Below, piece after piece: positions 38,756 to 49,155 of a stretch of DNA of 64,000 nucleotides (its first letter is position 1; the number at the start of each line of letters is the position of its first letter). Position numbers and translations under genes: made by a program. This stretch comes from an uncultured bacterium (GTDB lineage: Bacteria; Acidobacteriota; Thermoanaerobaculia; Multivoradales; JAHZIX01). The notes under the pieces are model-generated. The model saw only the letters and a list, made by a program, of their open reading frames with translations. It had not been told where the DNA came from and did no database searches. The stretch is taken from contig CBDUPA010000002.1 in NCBI GenBank assembly GCA_965368975.1, positions 524,757-588,756 on the forward strand. Direction: 5' to 3'.

Positions 38756-41700
38756 ATGACCGCCGTGACGGATCTCGAACAACGGATCGCCAACCTGCCG
38801 CCCAAGAAGCGGGAGCTGTTGCTGCGCCAGCTGGCCAAGCGCGGTGCCGGCAAGGCACCGGCGGTGGAACGGATTCCGGCGCAGCCGCGCGTCGACGGCC
38901 AAGAGAACCGCTTCGTGGTCTCGTTCTCGCAGCTGCGCGAGTGGATGCTCATGCAGTTCGAGCCGGGCACGGCGGCTTACAACATGCCGGGCGCCGTCGG
39001 GCTCGACGGTCCAGTGAACCACCAGATGCTGGCCCGTACCATCAACTTCCTGCGCCAGCGCCACGAGTCGCTGCGCACCCGATTCCACGCGGACCAGGAC
39101 GAGGAGCCCGTGCAGGTCGTGGCCCCGTATCGCTGGCAGCCGGTGCCACTGGTGGACCTCAGTGGCCTAGCGAGCGACGGGAAGAGAGACGGCCAGCACG
39201 ACGCGGCAGCGGACGAAGCGCGCAAGCTAGCGCAGCGCGACTCGGAGACGGGTTTCGACATCGAGACCGGGCCGCTCTTCCGCAGCGGTCTGCTGCGCAT
39301 CCACGCGGAAGACCACATCCTGCTCTACACCATGCACCATTCGATCTCGGATGGCTGGTCGATGAGCGTCTTCTTCCGCGAGCTGACGACGCTGTACAAC
39401 ACGTTCGTCCAGGGTCAGCAGCCAGCGCTGCCCGAGTTGCCCATTCAGTACCCGGACTTCGCGGTGTGGCAGCGCGATCGGCTGCGCGGCGAGGTGCTGG
39501 AGAAGCAGCTGGACTACTGGCGACAGCAGCTCGGCAGTGCGCCGCCGTTCCTCGACTTGCCGCTCGACAAGCCGCGGCCGCCTGTGCGCACGAGCCATTC
39601 CGGCGAGGTCGCGTTCCAGCTGCACAACCCGGTGCCGGAGCGGATCAAGGCGCTGGCCAAGAAGGAGGGTGGCAGCCTGTTCATGGTGCTGCTGGCCCTA
39701 CTGGACGTGGTGCTCTACCGCTACAGCCGGCAGGACGACATCAGCGTCGGCTCCTACATTTCGAACCGTGGTCGCGCCGAGCTCGAGAACCTGATCGGCT
39801 TCTTCGTCAACACGCTGGTGATGCGTCTCGACCTCGGCGGCAACCCGAGCTTCCGCCAGCTGGTGACGCGCGCCCGTGAGATGACGCTGGCCGCCTACGC
39901 GCACCAGGACGTGCCGTTCGAGAAGGTTCTGGAAGTCGCGCACCCGGAGCGCGACATCAGCCGCACACCGCTGTTCCAGGTCATGTTCATGATGCAGAAC
40001 TTCCCGCAGAGCGACGTCTCCGCGGGTGACCTGAGTTTGAAGCCGGTGAACCTGGAGCGCGACAAGGCCGACTTCGACCTCACCTTCCTGGTGATGGAAG
40101 CCGACGACTTCCTGCACTGCCCGCTGGTCTACAACCGGGACCTGTTCGAGAAGGTGACCATGGAGCGCATGGCAGAGCAGCTGCAGCACCTGACGCGCGT
40201 CGCTCTCGATGCCCCCGACACACCCATCGACGCCCTGCCACTGCTACCGGCCGCGGCGCAGCAGCAGCTGGTTTCGACCTGGCAGAGTCGCGAGACGCCG
40301 CCCCTGCAGCGCGCACACGATGCGATCAGCGCACAGGCACGCGCCACGCCGGGAGTACCGGCGGTGGAGCTCGGTGACGCGCAGCTGAGCTACGGCGAGC
40401 TGCAACAGCGGGCAGAGGCCCTCGCGGCGCACCTGCGGTGCTTGGGCGTCGGCCCCGAGACGCTGGTCGGCGTGTGCATGGCACGACGGCCCGCATTGCT
40501 GGTAGCACTACTGGGCGTGCTCGAAGCGGGCGCCGGCTACCTGCCGATGGACCCTGCCTACCCGGTGACGAGGCTGCGCCTGATGGTCGAGGACGCGCGG
40601 GTGCCGGTGTTGCTGACGCAGAGCGATCAGCAGGGCATGCTGAGCGAGGTACTCAACGGCCTGAAGGACGATGGACTCGACGTGCATACCGTGTTGCTCG
40701 ACGAGCAGGGCGCGGCGCAGGGTGCAGCCCCCGCGGACATCGTCCCGGAACAGGCGCACGCGACGCCGCAAAGCCCGGCCTATGTCATCTATACCTCGGG
40801 CTCGACCGGCAAGCCGAAGGGCGTGGTGGTCGAGCATCGCAGCCTGGCTCACTACTCGGACGTTGCCGGCCGTCACTATGACATCCAGCCCGGGGATCGG
40901 GTGCTGCAGTTCGCCTCGATCAGCTTCGATACCAGCGCCGAGGAGATCTACCCCTGCCTCAGCCGTGGCGCGACGCTGGTGCTGCGCCGCGAGCAGATGA
41001 CACAGAGCATGGACGGCTTCCTGGCCGAACTGGAAGCACTGGACATCACTGTGCTCAACCTGCCGACCGCCTACTGGCACGAGTTGGTGATCGCGCTGGA
41101 GCAAGAGACGTTGACGCTGCCGCCCAAGCTACGCTTGGTCGTGATCGGCGGCGAGAAAGCGCTGGCCGACCGCACCGCGCAGTGGCGACGCCACGCGGCA
41201 GCGCACGCCGAACGCACGGGCACCAGCGGTATCCGACTGGTCAACACCTACGGCCCGACGGAGAGCACCATCGTCGCGACGCGCTGCGACATCTTGCCGG
41301 CCCCAGAGGGAACAGCGCAGGTTCCCGCCTGGCTGTCGCCGGAAGTGCCGATCGGCCGGCCACTGCCTGGGCTCGACGCCTACCTGCTCGACGACGCCTT
41401 GCAGCCGGTACCACCAGGGGTTCCCGGTGAGCTGTGTCTGGGCGGCGCTGGGCTGGCGCGCGGCTACCTTCGGCGCCCCGCGACCACCGCCGAGCGCTTC
41501 GTGCCGGATCCCTTCCACGCACGGCCGGGGCGGCGCCTCTACCGCACCGGCGACCTGGTACGCCAGCACCCCGATGGTCAGCTCTATTTCCTCGGCCGCG
41601 TCGACTTCCAGATCAAGCTGCGCGGCTTCCGCATCGAGCCGGGTGAGATCGAGGCTCAGCTGCGCGCCCACGAACGCCTGAGCGGCGCGGTAGTGACGGT

Positions 41701-42424
41701 GTGGCAGGACCCCCAAGGAGCGCGCCGCCTGGTGGCCTACGTAGTGGCGCACGAGGTGGTCGCGCACGGCGATGGCGCCACTGAGAGCGCCCCGACCAGC
41801 TCCGCGCTGCGCGCCTATCTGAAGGAGCGTTTGCCGGAGTACATGGTGCCGGCGCTGGTCGTCAGCCTCGATGCCTTCCCGCTCACGCCCAGCGGCAAGA
41901 TCGACCGTCGGGCCCTGCCGGCCCCAGAAGCCGACCGCCCAGACGTCGATACCGTCTTCGTGGCACCGAGCAACGAGACGGAACGCAAGATCGCCGAAGT
42001 GTGGCGCAAGGTGCTGACGCTCGACCGGATCGGCGTCCACGACAGCTTCTTCGAGATCGGTGGCGACTCACTGCTGCTCCTGCAGGTGCACCGCCACCTC
42101 AAGCAGGCCGTGCCGGCGGCGGGCGAGATGTCGGTGATCGACCTCTTCCAGTACCCGACCATCGCCGCCCTGGCGCGCAACCTGAACCGTAGCGCCCAGG
42201 CCGACCGGCAAGCCGCCAGCGCCAAGCAGCGTGTGCGAGACCTGGTCGGACAGCAGAAAGCGGCACAGACGCGCCAGCGCCAGGCCCTGCAGCAGCGTGG
42301 CCGCATCGCCGGCCTGCGTCAGGGCCCGGGGCGACCACCGGGACCACCGGGGCGACCCGGGCGACCCGGGGCTCCTGGTAAGCCAGGACGTCCTGGAAGA
42401 CCGGGCGATCCGAAGAAGACCTGA
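38756..42424 (+). CDS. Single-module NRPS, C-A-T, with long C-terminal tail
   Basis: HHSISDGWS, YTSGSTGKPKG, NTYGPTE, YRTGD, PSGKIDR and IGGDSL; GGAGG RBS. Confidence 0.93.
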   Translation: MTAVTDLEQRIANLPPKKRELLLRQLAKRGAGKAPAVERIPAQPRVDGQENRFVVSFSQLREWMLMQFEPGTAAYNMPGAVGLDGPVNHQMLARTINFLRQRHESLRTRFHADQDEEPVQVVAPYRWQPVPLVDLSGLASDGKRDGQHDAAADEARKLAQRDSETGFDIETGPLFRSGLLRIHAEDHILLYTMHHSISDGWSMSVFFRELTTLYNTFVQGQQPALPELPIQYPDFAVWQRDRLRGEVLEKQLDYWRQQLGSAPPFLDLPLDKPRPPVRTSHSGEVAFQLHNPVPERIKALAKKEGGSLFMVLLALLDVVLYRYSRQDDISVGSYISNRGRAELENLIGFFVNTLVMRLDLGGNPSFRQLVTRAREMTLAAYAHQDVPFEKVLEVAHPERDISRTPLFQVMFMMQNFPQSDVSAGDLSLKPVNLERDKADFDLTFLVMEADDFLHCPLVYNRDLFEKVTMERMAEQLQHLTRVALDAPDTPIDALPLLPAAAQQQLVSTWQSRETPPLQRAHDAISAQARATPGVPAVELGDAQLSYGELQQRAEALAAHLRCLGVGPETLVGVCMARRPALLVALLGVLEAGAGYLPMDPAYPVTRLRLMVEDARVPVLLTQSDQQGMLSEVLNGLKDDGLDVHTVLLDEQGAAQGAAPADIVPEQAHATPQSPAYVIYTSGSTGKPKGVVVEHRSLAHYSDVAGRHYDIQPGDRVLQFASISFDTSAEEIYPCLSRGATLVLRREQMTQSMDGFLAELEALDITVLNLPTAYWHELVIALEQETLTLPPKLRLVVIGGEKALADRTAQWRRHAAAHAERTGTSGIRLVNTYGPTESTIVATRCDILPAPEGTAQVPAWLSPEVPIGRPLPGLDAYLLDDALQPVPPGVPGELCLGGAGLARGYLRRPATTAERFVPDPFHARPGRRLYRTGDLVRQHPDGQLYFLGRVDFQIKLRGFRIEPGEIEAQLRAHERLSGAVVTVWQDPQGARRLVAYVVAHEVVAHGDGATESAPTSSALRAYLKERLPEYMVPALVVSLDAFPLTPSGKIDRRALPAPEADRPDVDTVFVAPSNETERKIAEVWRKVLTLDRIGVHDSFFEIGGDSLLLLQVHRHLKQAVPAAGEMSVIDLFQYPTIAALARNLNRSAQADRQAASAKQRVRDLVGQQKAAQTRQRQALQQRGRIAGLRQGPGRPPGPPGRPGRPGAPGKPGRPGRPGDPKKT
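42341..42412 (+). repeat. Eight consecutive Gly-X-Pro (collagen-like) triplets at the NRPS C-terminus
   Basis: GPP GRP GRP GAP GKP GRP GRP GDP, written with mixed codons. Confidence 0.8.
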
Positions 42425-42512
42425 GTTCCATTTGCCTGACTGATTCCTTGCCTGACCGTACCGAGTCCACCCAACGCGAGAGCTCACGCGAGCCAACCGA
42501 GAGAACCTGACC

Positions 42513-45500
42513 ATGAGTGATACCCATGAGTTGGAGCGCATCGCCGTCATCGGCATGGCGGGTCGCTTCCCCAAGTCCCCGGACCTGGATACCTTCTGGA
42601 GCAACCTGCAAGGCGGCGTCGACTGCATCACCGATCTGAGGGAGGACGACCTGCGAGCAGCAGGGATCCCCGAGGAACAGATCGCCGACCCGAGCTTGGT
42701 GCGGCGCACGCCCAAGCTGACCGAGATCGGTCACTTCGACGCCGGTTTCTTCGGTTACGCACCGCGCGAGGCCGAGATCCTGGATCCGCAGCAGCGCGTG
42801 TACATGGAGACGGCGTGGAAAGCGCTCGAGAGCGCCGGCTACGTGAGCGAGGACTATCCCGGGTGGATCGCCCACTACGCCGGCATCAGCACCTCCAACT
42901 ACATGATGATGAACCTGCTGCCCAACAACAAGTTGATGGGGCAGCTCGGCTTCTTCCCCGTGCTGCTGTCCAACGACCGCGACTACTTCGCCACCCGGAT
43001 CTCGTACAAGCTGAACCTGCGGGGCCCCGCGATGAACATCCAGACCGCCTGCTCGACATCGTTGGTGGCGGTGCACCAGGCGTGCATGGCGCTGCTCGGC
43101 TACCAGTGCAACATCGCACTGGCCGGCGGTGTGCGCGTCGGTATACCGCAGGACCGCGGCTATACCTACATCGAGGGCAGCATCTTCTCACCCACCGGCC
43201 GCTGCCGCTCGTTCGACGCCGACGCCGATGGCTCCATCTTTGGCGATGGCTGCGGCGTGGTGGTGCTCAAGCGGCTGAGCGAGGCGATCGAAGACGGCGA
43301 CAACATCCACGCCGTGATCCTGGCCAGCGCGCTCAACAACGACGGCTCCAACAAGGTCGGGTTCACGGCACCCAGCATCGAAGGACAGGCCGAGGCGATC
43401 GGCATGTGCCAGGACCTGGCCGACATCGATCCCGAGACCATCACCTACATCGAGACACACGGCAGCGGCACGCCGCTGGGCGACCCGATCGAGGTGCGCG
43501 CCCTGACCAAGGTGTTCCAGGAGCATACCGAGCGCAAGCAGTTCTGCGCCATCGGCTCGGTGAAGTCCAACACGGGTCACCTGGAGGCGGCGTCCGGTAT
43601 CGCCGGCATGATCAAGACCATTTTGTCGCTCGAGAATCAGCAAGTTCCGGCCAGCCTGCACTTCAAGACGCCGAACCCGCAGATCGACTTCGCCAACAGT
43701 CCGTTCTTCGTCAACGACCAGCTGCGCGACTGGACGACCGAGAACGGCACCCCGCGGCGCGCCGGTATCAGCTCCTTCGGCATGGGTGGCACCAACGCGC
43801 ACGTGATCCTCGAAGAGGCGCCGCCGCGCGACGCCTCAGGCGAGTCTCGGCCGTGGCAGCTACTCACCCTGGCCGCCAAGACCTCGACCGCGCTCGACAC
43901 CATGAGCCAGGATCTGGCCCACTGGCTGCGCCAGAATCCCGAGGCGCCGCTCGCCGATGTCGCCTTCACGCTGCAGAGCGGTCGCCGTCATTTCGAGCGC
44001 CGCCGCGCCCTGGTGTGCCACGACCGTGATGACGCCCTGAAGGTGCTCGAGACCTTCGACGCCAGCCGCTTGCTCGACGGCACCGCCGAGGCCGCCGACC
44101 GGCCGCTGACCTTCCTGTGCTCGGGCGTCGGCGAACAGTACCCAGGCATGGCCAAGGGCCTGTACGAGCACGAGCCCACCTTCCGGGCAGCAGTCGACGA
44201 GTGCTGCGACCTGCTACAGGAGACGCTCGGCGTCGACCTGCGCGAGGTGCTGTTCCCCGAGGGCGCCGGCACCGGCGACGACGACCATGGCGGCCCTGAC
44301 CTGCGCAGCCTGCTCGGTCGCGCACCCCAAAACGATCCGAACACCGATCGCCTCAATCGCACCGCCATGGCGCAGCCCGCGGTCTTCGTGCTCGACTACG
44401 CCATGGCCCAGCTGTGGATGGAATGGGGCTTCTACCCGGAGAGCCTAGTCGGCTACAGCCTGGGCGAGTACGCCGCGGCATGCCTGGCGGGCGTGCTGCC
44501 ACTGGCCGACGCACTGCGCCTGGTGGCGCGGCGCGCACAGCTGATCGAGGAGCTGCCGGGCGGTGTCATGCTGGCGATCCCGGTTTCGGAAACCGAGGCA
44601 CGCGAGCTGATCACCGGCACCGAGCTGGATCTGGCGGCGCTCAACGGCGACACCATGAGCGTGCTCGCCGGTCCCGAGCCGGCGATTGCCGCCCTGGAAG
44701 CCCGCCTCGACGAACGCGAGATCGCCCACCGCCGCCTGGCCACCAGTCACGCCTTCCACTCGCGCATGATGGATTCGATTCGCGAAGCCTTCGCGCATTT
44801 GGTCCGCGAGAGTGACCTGCAACCACCTGAGATCCCGCTGCTGTCCAACGTCACCGGCACCTGGATGACCGACGAGGAAGCCACTGACCCCGAGTACTGG
44901 GTACGCCACCTGTGCGGCACCGTACGCTTCGCCGACAACCTGGCCGAGCTGAACGAGGAGGCCGCGCGCGTGATGATCGAACTCGGACCCGGCCGTGCGC
45001 TATCGACGCTAGCATTGCAGACGCGCGTCGATACCAGCGACGCGGATCCGTCGCTGGGCGCACCATCGCGCGTCATCGTGCCGTCCCTGCGCTCGATGCA
45101 CGAACGGCAGTCGGACGTCGCCTTCCTGCTGCGTCAACTCGCCGAGCTGTGGCTCGCCGGCCTGCGCCCCGACTGGGCCAGCTTCCGAGCGCACGAGTAC
45201 CGCCACCGACTGGCGCTACCCAACTATCCCTTCGAACGCCAGCACCTGTGGGTCGACCAGGTCCAGCTGCAGCCCGCGCCGACGGCCGAGGGTGCGGATG
45301 GTCCAGCTGAACTCGACGACGGTGCCGTGCCCGAAGAAGCACGCCACGAGCGGCCGTCCAGCCTGCGCACGCCCTACGTCGCCCCGAGCACCGAGGCGGA
45401 AGTACAGATGGCCGAGATCTGGCAGGATCTGCTGGGCGTCAAGGAGGTCGGCATCCACGACGACTTCTTCCAACTCGGCGGACACTCCCTGCTGGCACCA

Positions 45501-46907
45501 CAACTACTCAACCGCCTGCGCCGCGATTTCGAGGTCGACTTCCCATTGCAAGCGCTGTTCCAGACGCCCACGGTCGCCAAGTTGCTCGACGCCGTCGAGA
45601 CCATCCGCCAGGAAGGCAGCGCCGAGTCCTTGATAGGCGAAGCGGTCGACCTGCCGGCCGAGGTGGTGCTGCCGGACGACATCCAACCGCAGGGCGAGCT
45701 GAACGTCGCCCGCCTGCGGGATCCACACGCTGTCCTGCTCACCGGTGCCACGGGCTTCCTGGGCGCCTTCCTGCTCGACCAGCTGTTGCGCCAGACCCGC
45801 GCTACCGTCTACTGCGTGGTGCGTGGCGACGACGAAGCGGCCGCCGCGGCGCGCCTGCGACGCCAGCTCGAGGAGCGCAAGGTCTGGCGCGCCGAGGATG
45901 CCTCGCGCATCGTCACCGTGCTCGGCGACCTGGCCGAGCCGCGTTGGGGGCTGAGCGAGGCACGCTTCGCCGAACTCGCCGCGCAGACAGATGCCGTGTA
46001 CCACTGTGGCGCCTGGGTCAACTTCACTTATCCCTACGAGATCCTCAAGCCAGGCAACGTCGGCGGTACGCTCGAAGCCATTCGCTTCGCCTGCCTCGAC
46101 CACGTCAAGCCACTGCACTTCATCTCCAGCGTCGCCGTCTTCGCCATGATGTCCAAGGACCTGAGCCAAGACCGCCAGGTGATGGAAGACGATCCTCTGC
46201 GAGAGAGCGAAGGCATGTTTGCCGGCTACGGGCAAACCAAGTGGGTAGGTGAGAAGCTCGTCGACCTGGCACGAGAACGCGGCCTGCCCGCCAGCATCTA
46301 CCGACCCGGAGTGGTCGGCGGCCACAGCGAGACCGGCTCCGGCAACACCAGCGACTTCGTGTGGGCCTTCCTGAAGGGCTGCATCCAGCTCGGCGCCGCT
46401 CCAATGGATTACAACTCGATGATGGACGTCGCCCCGGTAGACTATGTGGCAGCCAGTACGGTTGCGTTGTCGCTCAAGCCTGACTGCCTCCACCGCGCCT
46501 ACCACTTCCCGAATTCCGCGCCCAGACCGTGGCGCGAGGTCTTCGACATGGCGCGCGACTTCGGCTACCCGATGCGACGCGTGTCACTGGTCGAGTGGGG
46601 CACGGAGCTTGGGAAGTTGATCGCCGGTGACACCGACAACGCCATGGCGCCCTTCGCCCCCATGTTCGCGGTCGCACCTTCCCAGCAGCAGGCGCAGGAA
46701 GGCGGCGACGAAGAGATGCAGCAGGAAGCCCCGCCCCAATTGCCTCCGCGTTCTCGTTCGCTCTACAACGACCGGCAGACACAGGAGGGCTTGGAAGGTA
46801 CAGGCATCTCCTGCCCGCCGGTCGACTCGAAGCTGATCGATACCTACATCGATTACTTCATCGACGTCGGCTATCTCGATCCACCACCGGTTGCGGGAGT
46901 GGAATGA
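42513..46907 (+). CDS. Type I PKS: KS-AT-ACP-thioester reductase (R)
   Basis: KS TACSTS/HGSGT/NTGH; AT GYSLG and HAFH (malonyl-type); ACP LGGHSL; R domain LLTGATGFLG and GYGQTKW. Confidence 0.93.
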   Translation: MSDTHELERIAVIGMAGRFPKSPDLDTFWSNLQGGVDCITDLREDDLRAAGIPEEQIADPSLVRRTPKLTEIGHFDAGFFGYAPREAEILDPQQRVYMETAWKALESAGYVSEDYPGWIAHYAGISTSNYMMMNLLPNNKLMGQLGFFPVLLSNDRDYFATRISYKLNLRGPAMNIQTACSTSLVAVHQACMALLGYQCNIALAGGVRVGIPQDRGYTYIEGSIFSPTGRCRSFDADADGSIFGDGCGVVVLKRLSEAIEDGDNIHAVILASALNNDGSNKVGFTAPSIEGQAEAIGMCQDLADIDPETITYIETHGSGTPLGDPIEVRALTKVFQEHTERKQFCAIGSVKSNTGHLEAASGIAGMIKTILSLENQQVPASLHFKTPNPQIDFANSPFFVNDQLRDWTTENGTPRRAGISSFGMGGTNAHVILEEAPPRDASGESRPWQLLTLAAKTSTALDTMSQDLAHWLRQNPEAPLADVAFTLQSGRRHFERRRALVCHDRDDALKVLETFDASRLLDGTAEAADRPLTFLCSGVGEQYPGMAKGLYEHEPTFRAAVDECCDLLQETLGVDLREVLFPEGAGTGDDDHGGPDLRSLLGRAPQNDPNTDRLNRTAMAQPAVFVLDYAMAQLWMEWGFYPESLVGYSLGEYAAACLAGVLPLADALRLVARRAQLIEELPGGVMLAIPVSETEARELITGTELDLAALNGDTMSVLAGPEPAIAALEARLDEREIAHRRLATSHAFHSRMMDSIREAFAHLVRESDLQPPEIPLLSNVTGTWMTDEEATDPEYWVRHLCGTVRFADNLAELNEEAARVMIELGPGRALSTLALQTRVDTSDADPSLGAPSRVIVPSLRSMHERQSDVAFLLRQLAELWLAGLRPDWASFRAHEYRHRLALPNYPFERQHLWVDQVQLQPAPTAEGADGPAELDDGAVPEEARHERPSSLRTPYVAPSTEAEVQMAEIWQDLLGVKEVGIHDDFFQLGGHSLLAPQLLNRLRRDFEVDFPLQALFQTPTVAKLLDAVETIRQEGSAESLIGEAVDLPAEVVLPDDIQPQGELNVARLRDPHAVLLTGATGFLGAFLLDQLLRQTRATVYCVVRGDDEAAAAARLRRQLEERKVWRAEDASRIVTVLGDLAEPRWGLSEARFAELAAQTDAVYHCGAWVNFTYPYEILKPGNVGGTLEAIRFACLDHVKPLHFISSVAVFAMMSKDLSQDRQVMEDDPLRESEGMFAGYGQTKWVGEKLVDLARERGLPASIYRPGVVGGHSETGSGNTSDFVWAFLKGCIQLGAAPMDYNSMMDVAPVDYVAASTVALSLKPDCLHRAYHFPNSAPRPWREVFDMARDFGYPMRRVSLVEWGTELGKLIAGDTDNAMAPFAPMFAVAPSQQQAQEGGDEEMQQEAPPQLPPRSRSLYNDRQTQEGLEGTGISCPPVDSKLIDTYIDYFIDVGYLDPPPVAGVE

Positions 46908-47493
46908 GCTCGATGGCATCACCTTGACGGAGCTCGAACGAGTGGACAGAACCTAGCGCGACTTGGAGCTGAATCGGCGATCGAGTCTGTGGATGAGTTT
47001 CGATCGCACGCGCAAGGAGAGCATTCACATCAAAGGGTGTAGAGGATGCTACGACGTTTTACGAAACCGTGGTGCTGTCGTGCCTGCCATTCGTACCAAC
47101 AGCCTTGGCCCCTTCTGACTCTCGCCATGCTCGCTGACAGGTCGAGGAGCGAGAACTCGGGTGGTCTTTGCAGGATGGAGAGATGAAAGGGAGTTAAGAC
47201 TGCCTGCCGTACAGCGTGGTGGGGGGCACGTCACTGCGGGCGCGGGTGCGGGAGGTGCCGCGCACAACGCCCGTGGCCGCCCTACGAGTTCGAATGAACG
47301 CCGAGTTGTTAGGAAGCACGTGTTCAGCAGTCAGCATTCGGAGCCCAGGATAGGATGAGGAAGGATAGGGGAATGAGTATGAACCGGGCAGCTTCAGTCG
47401 CGATACCTGCGATAGCAATTTCGGCTACGCTGACTGACTCTTACTACGCCGACCTGAAGCCGAGTGAGGCATTCTCAATACCACCGTCAGTAA

Positions 47494-48048
47494 CTAGTTC
47501 GGTGCGGCTGGACTTTGACTCCCTTCCTGCCTTCTTACCATCTCAACTAGTTCTTGCCAACTTTGGCGCTCTGGCTCAATGTGGCGACTGTCAAAGTCGG
47601 CGACGATACCCTCGCAGATACTTTTTAGACTATCTGGAGCACCTGTTCTAAGCCAGTGTCCTGAAAACGAGTGCAAGTCTTTCGTCCAGGCATTGACCAT
47701 AGAGCGGTTCTCCTCAGTTACGCTCTCCACAAGATAGTAGCTTTTAAACGGACGCAGAACTACAACAGAAAGGGTAACGCCTGACTTATGGCCCCCCCGC
47801 GTCTTTGTCTCAAGGGCAACAATGCTAATTACCCAGTCAGGGTAGCTGTCGGTCACAATTATGTCACCCAAACTGCGTAGCTCCCTGTTTATGTAACTCC
47901 GAACCTCTCCCTCTATGTCCTCGTCGGCGGATATATCTGCATAAACACGAGCAGAGAATGGTTGAAGATCTTGTGCGCTGCAGATGGTTGGCGCCAAGCA
48001 AGAAAACATTAGGCAAGCGCCACTAGCTAGTTGTGTGATTCCGCTCAT
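47494..48048 (-). CDS. Hypothetical exported protein in a low-GC segment
   Basis: 184-aa ORF with GGAGG RBS and a signal-peptide-like N-terminus; AT-richer codon usage than flanking genes. Confidence 0.55.
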   Translation of the reverse strand: MSGITQLASGACLMFSCLAPTICSAQDLQPFSARVYADISADEDIEGEVRSYINRELRSLGDIIVTDSYPDWVISIVALETKTRGGHKSGVTLSVVVLRPFKSYYLVESVTEENRSMVNAWTKDLHSFSGHWLRTGAPDSLKSICEGIVADFDSRHIEPERQSWQELVEMVRRQEGSQSPAAPN

Positions 48049-48190
48049 GTTGAGCCTCCAATTCTGACCGGTCAATGAAGCATCTACCTCTGTAGAGTCT
48101 CTGCATCTCCTCTGTCCTCACAAGAGTTCACCATAGAGTAGCCTAGAATGCTGATTAGAGAGCAGCCGCTCAATCGATTCGCTCTGGCGG

Positions 48191-49019
48191 TCATGCCAAC
48201 TTCGACGTCAGCCACCTTTGGAACCCGGGCTTCCGACCGCTACTAGCCTGCACAGCCGGTGCTGCCCCACTCCGGGTACCTTCGAACTCCCTCGCTTCCC
48301 CGTCCTCAGGGATCCACACCCGATCTGTCAGACCCTCGGCTTCGAGCCGCTGCCGCAGCCTGGCGCGCGTGGTCGGGCAGCGGTCGATACCTTCTAAATG
48401 GTTGAAACGACGGAGCCGGGAGCTAGCTGCACCAGCTCGACCAGCTCGTCAACGGAAAAGAGGACGTCGCCACCGGCACCAAAGTTGGCGCTTCCAGCTG
48501 GGGCCACGACGACTTCCGGCTGCAGCCGCTCGAGAACAGCGCGCACGCGATCCGTCAGCACGGCGTCACTGGTGAGGTAGACACTCGGTTAATCGGGATG
48601 AGCCAGGTAAAAACAGAGACCGGTCCCATCAACCAGCCGAGCAAGCCACGACCGTGGTTGGCTGGGATCACCTCGACCGTCATCCCTAGGGCACCGTCGC
48701 AGAGTTCGTGGGCATCTGGCCGCTTGGGGCGGAGGTAGGGCACGTCGATGCTGCTTGCCCACACCGGTAGCTTGCGCTCGCGAATCCAGTGCCGCGCCGC
48801 GCCGTCGAGATGCTCGTGCGTGCCGACTACGCCCGTCGCCGGCGCCAGGATCTCGTCGGCTCCCGAGGGTAACGGGACCAGGGGATTGGGCCGGCGGCCG
48901 CCGCCAAAGAACTTGAAACCCGGGAAGGCACCGGGCTCGCTGAGCATGGGCTCGCCGAGTAGGTGGTGCTCACCGAGGGCTAGCAGGTGGGGCGCATCGA
49001 GCAGGTGGTGGATCTTCAT
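48191..49019 (-). pseudogene. Degraded MBL-fold metallo-hydrolase
   Basis: MKIHH...PMLSEPGAFP...RRPNPLVPLP start; HxHxDH motif shortened to THEHLD; frameshift near 48615, in-frame TAA near 48590 and a second frameshift near 48400, then NHLEGIDRCPTTR...WIPEDGE...KPGFQRWLTSKLA*. Confidence 0.75.
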
Positions 49020-49155
49020 AAGTTCCTCAGACACAAGCCTAGCATTCGCCCCGGCACGGGGACGAGTCGCACAGGCAGCAACAACCCCAGCTCCGCAGTG
49101 GCGGAAGCTGGGGTTGGGATGAGTGCCAGAGACAGAGGTCGCGACCGAGCTGGGC

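Noticed and set aside
47355-47651. 98-aa plus-strand ORF in the low-GC patch
   Set aside because: It overlaps the better-supported minus-strand ORF and has no recognisable features.
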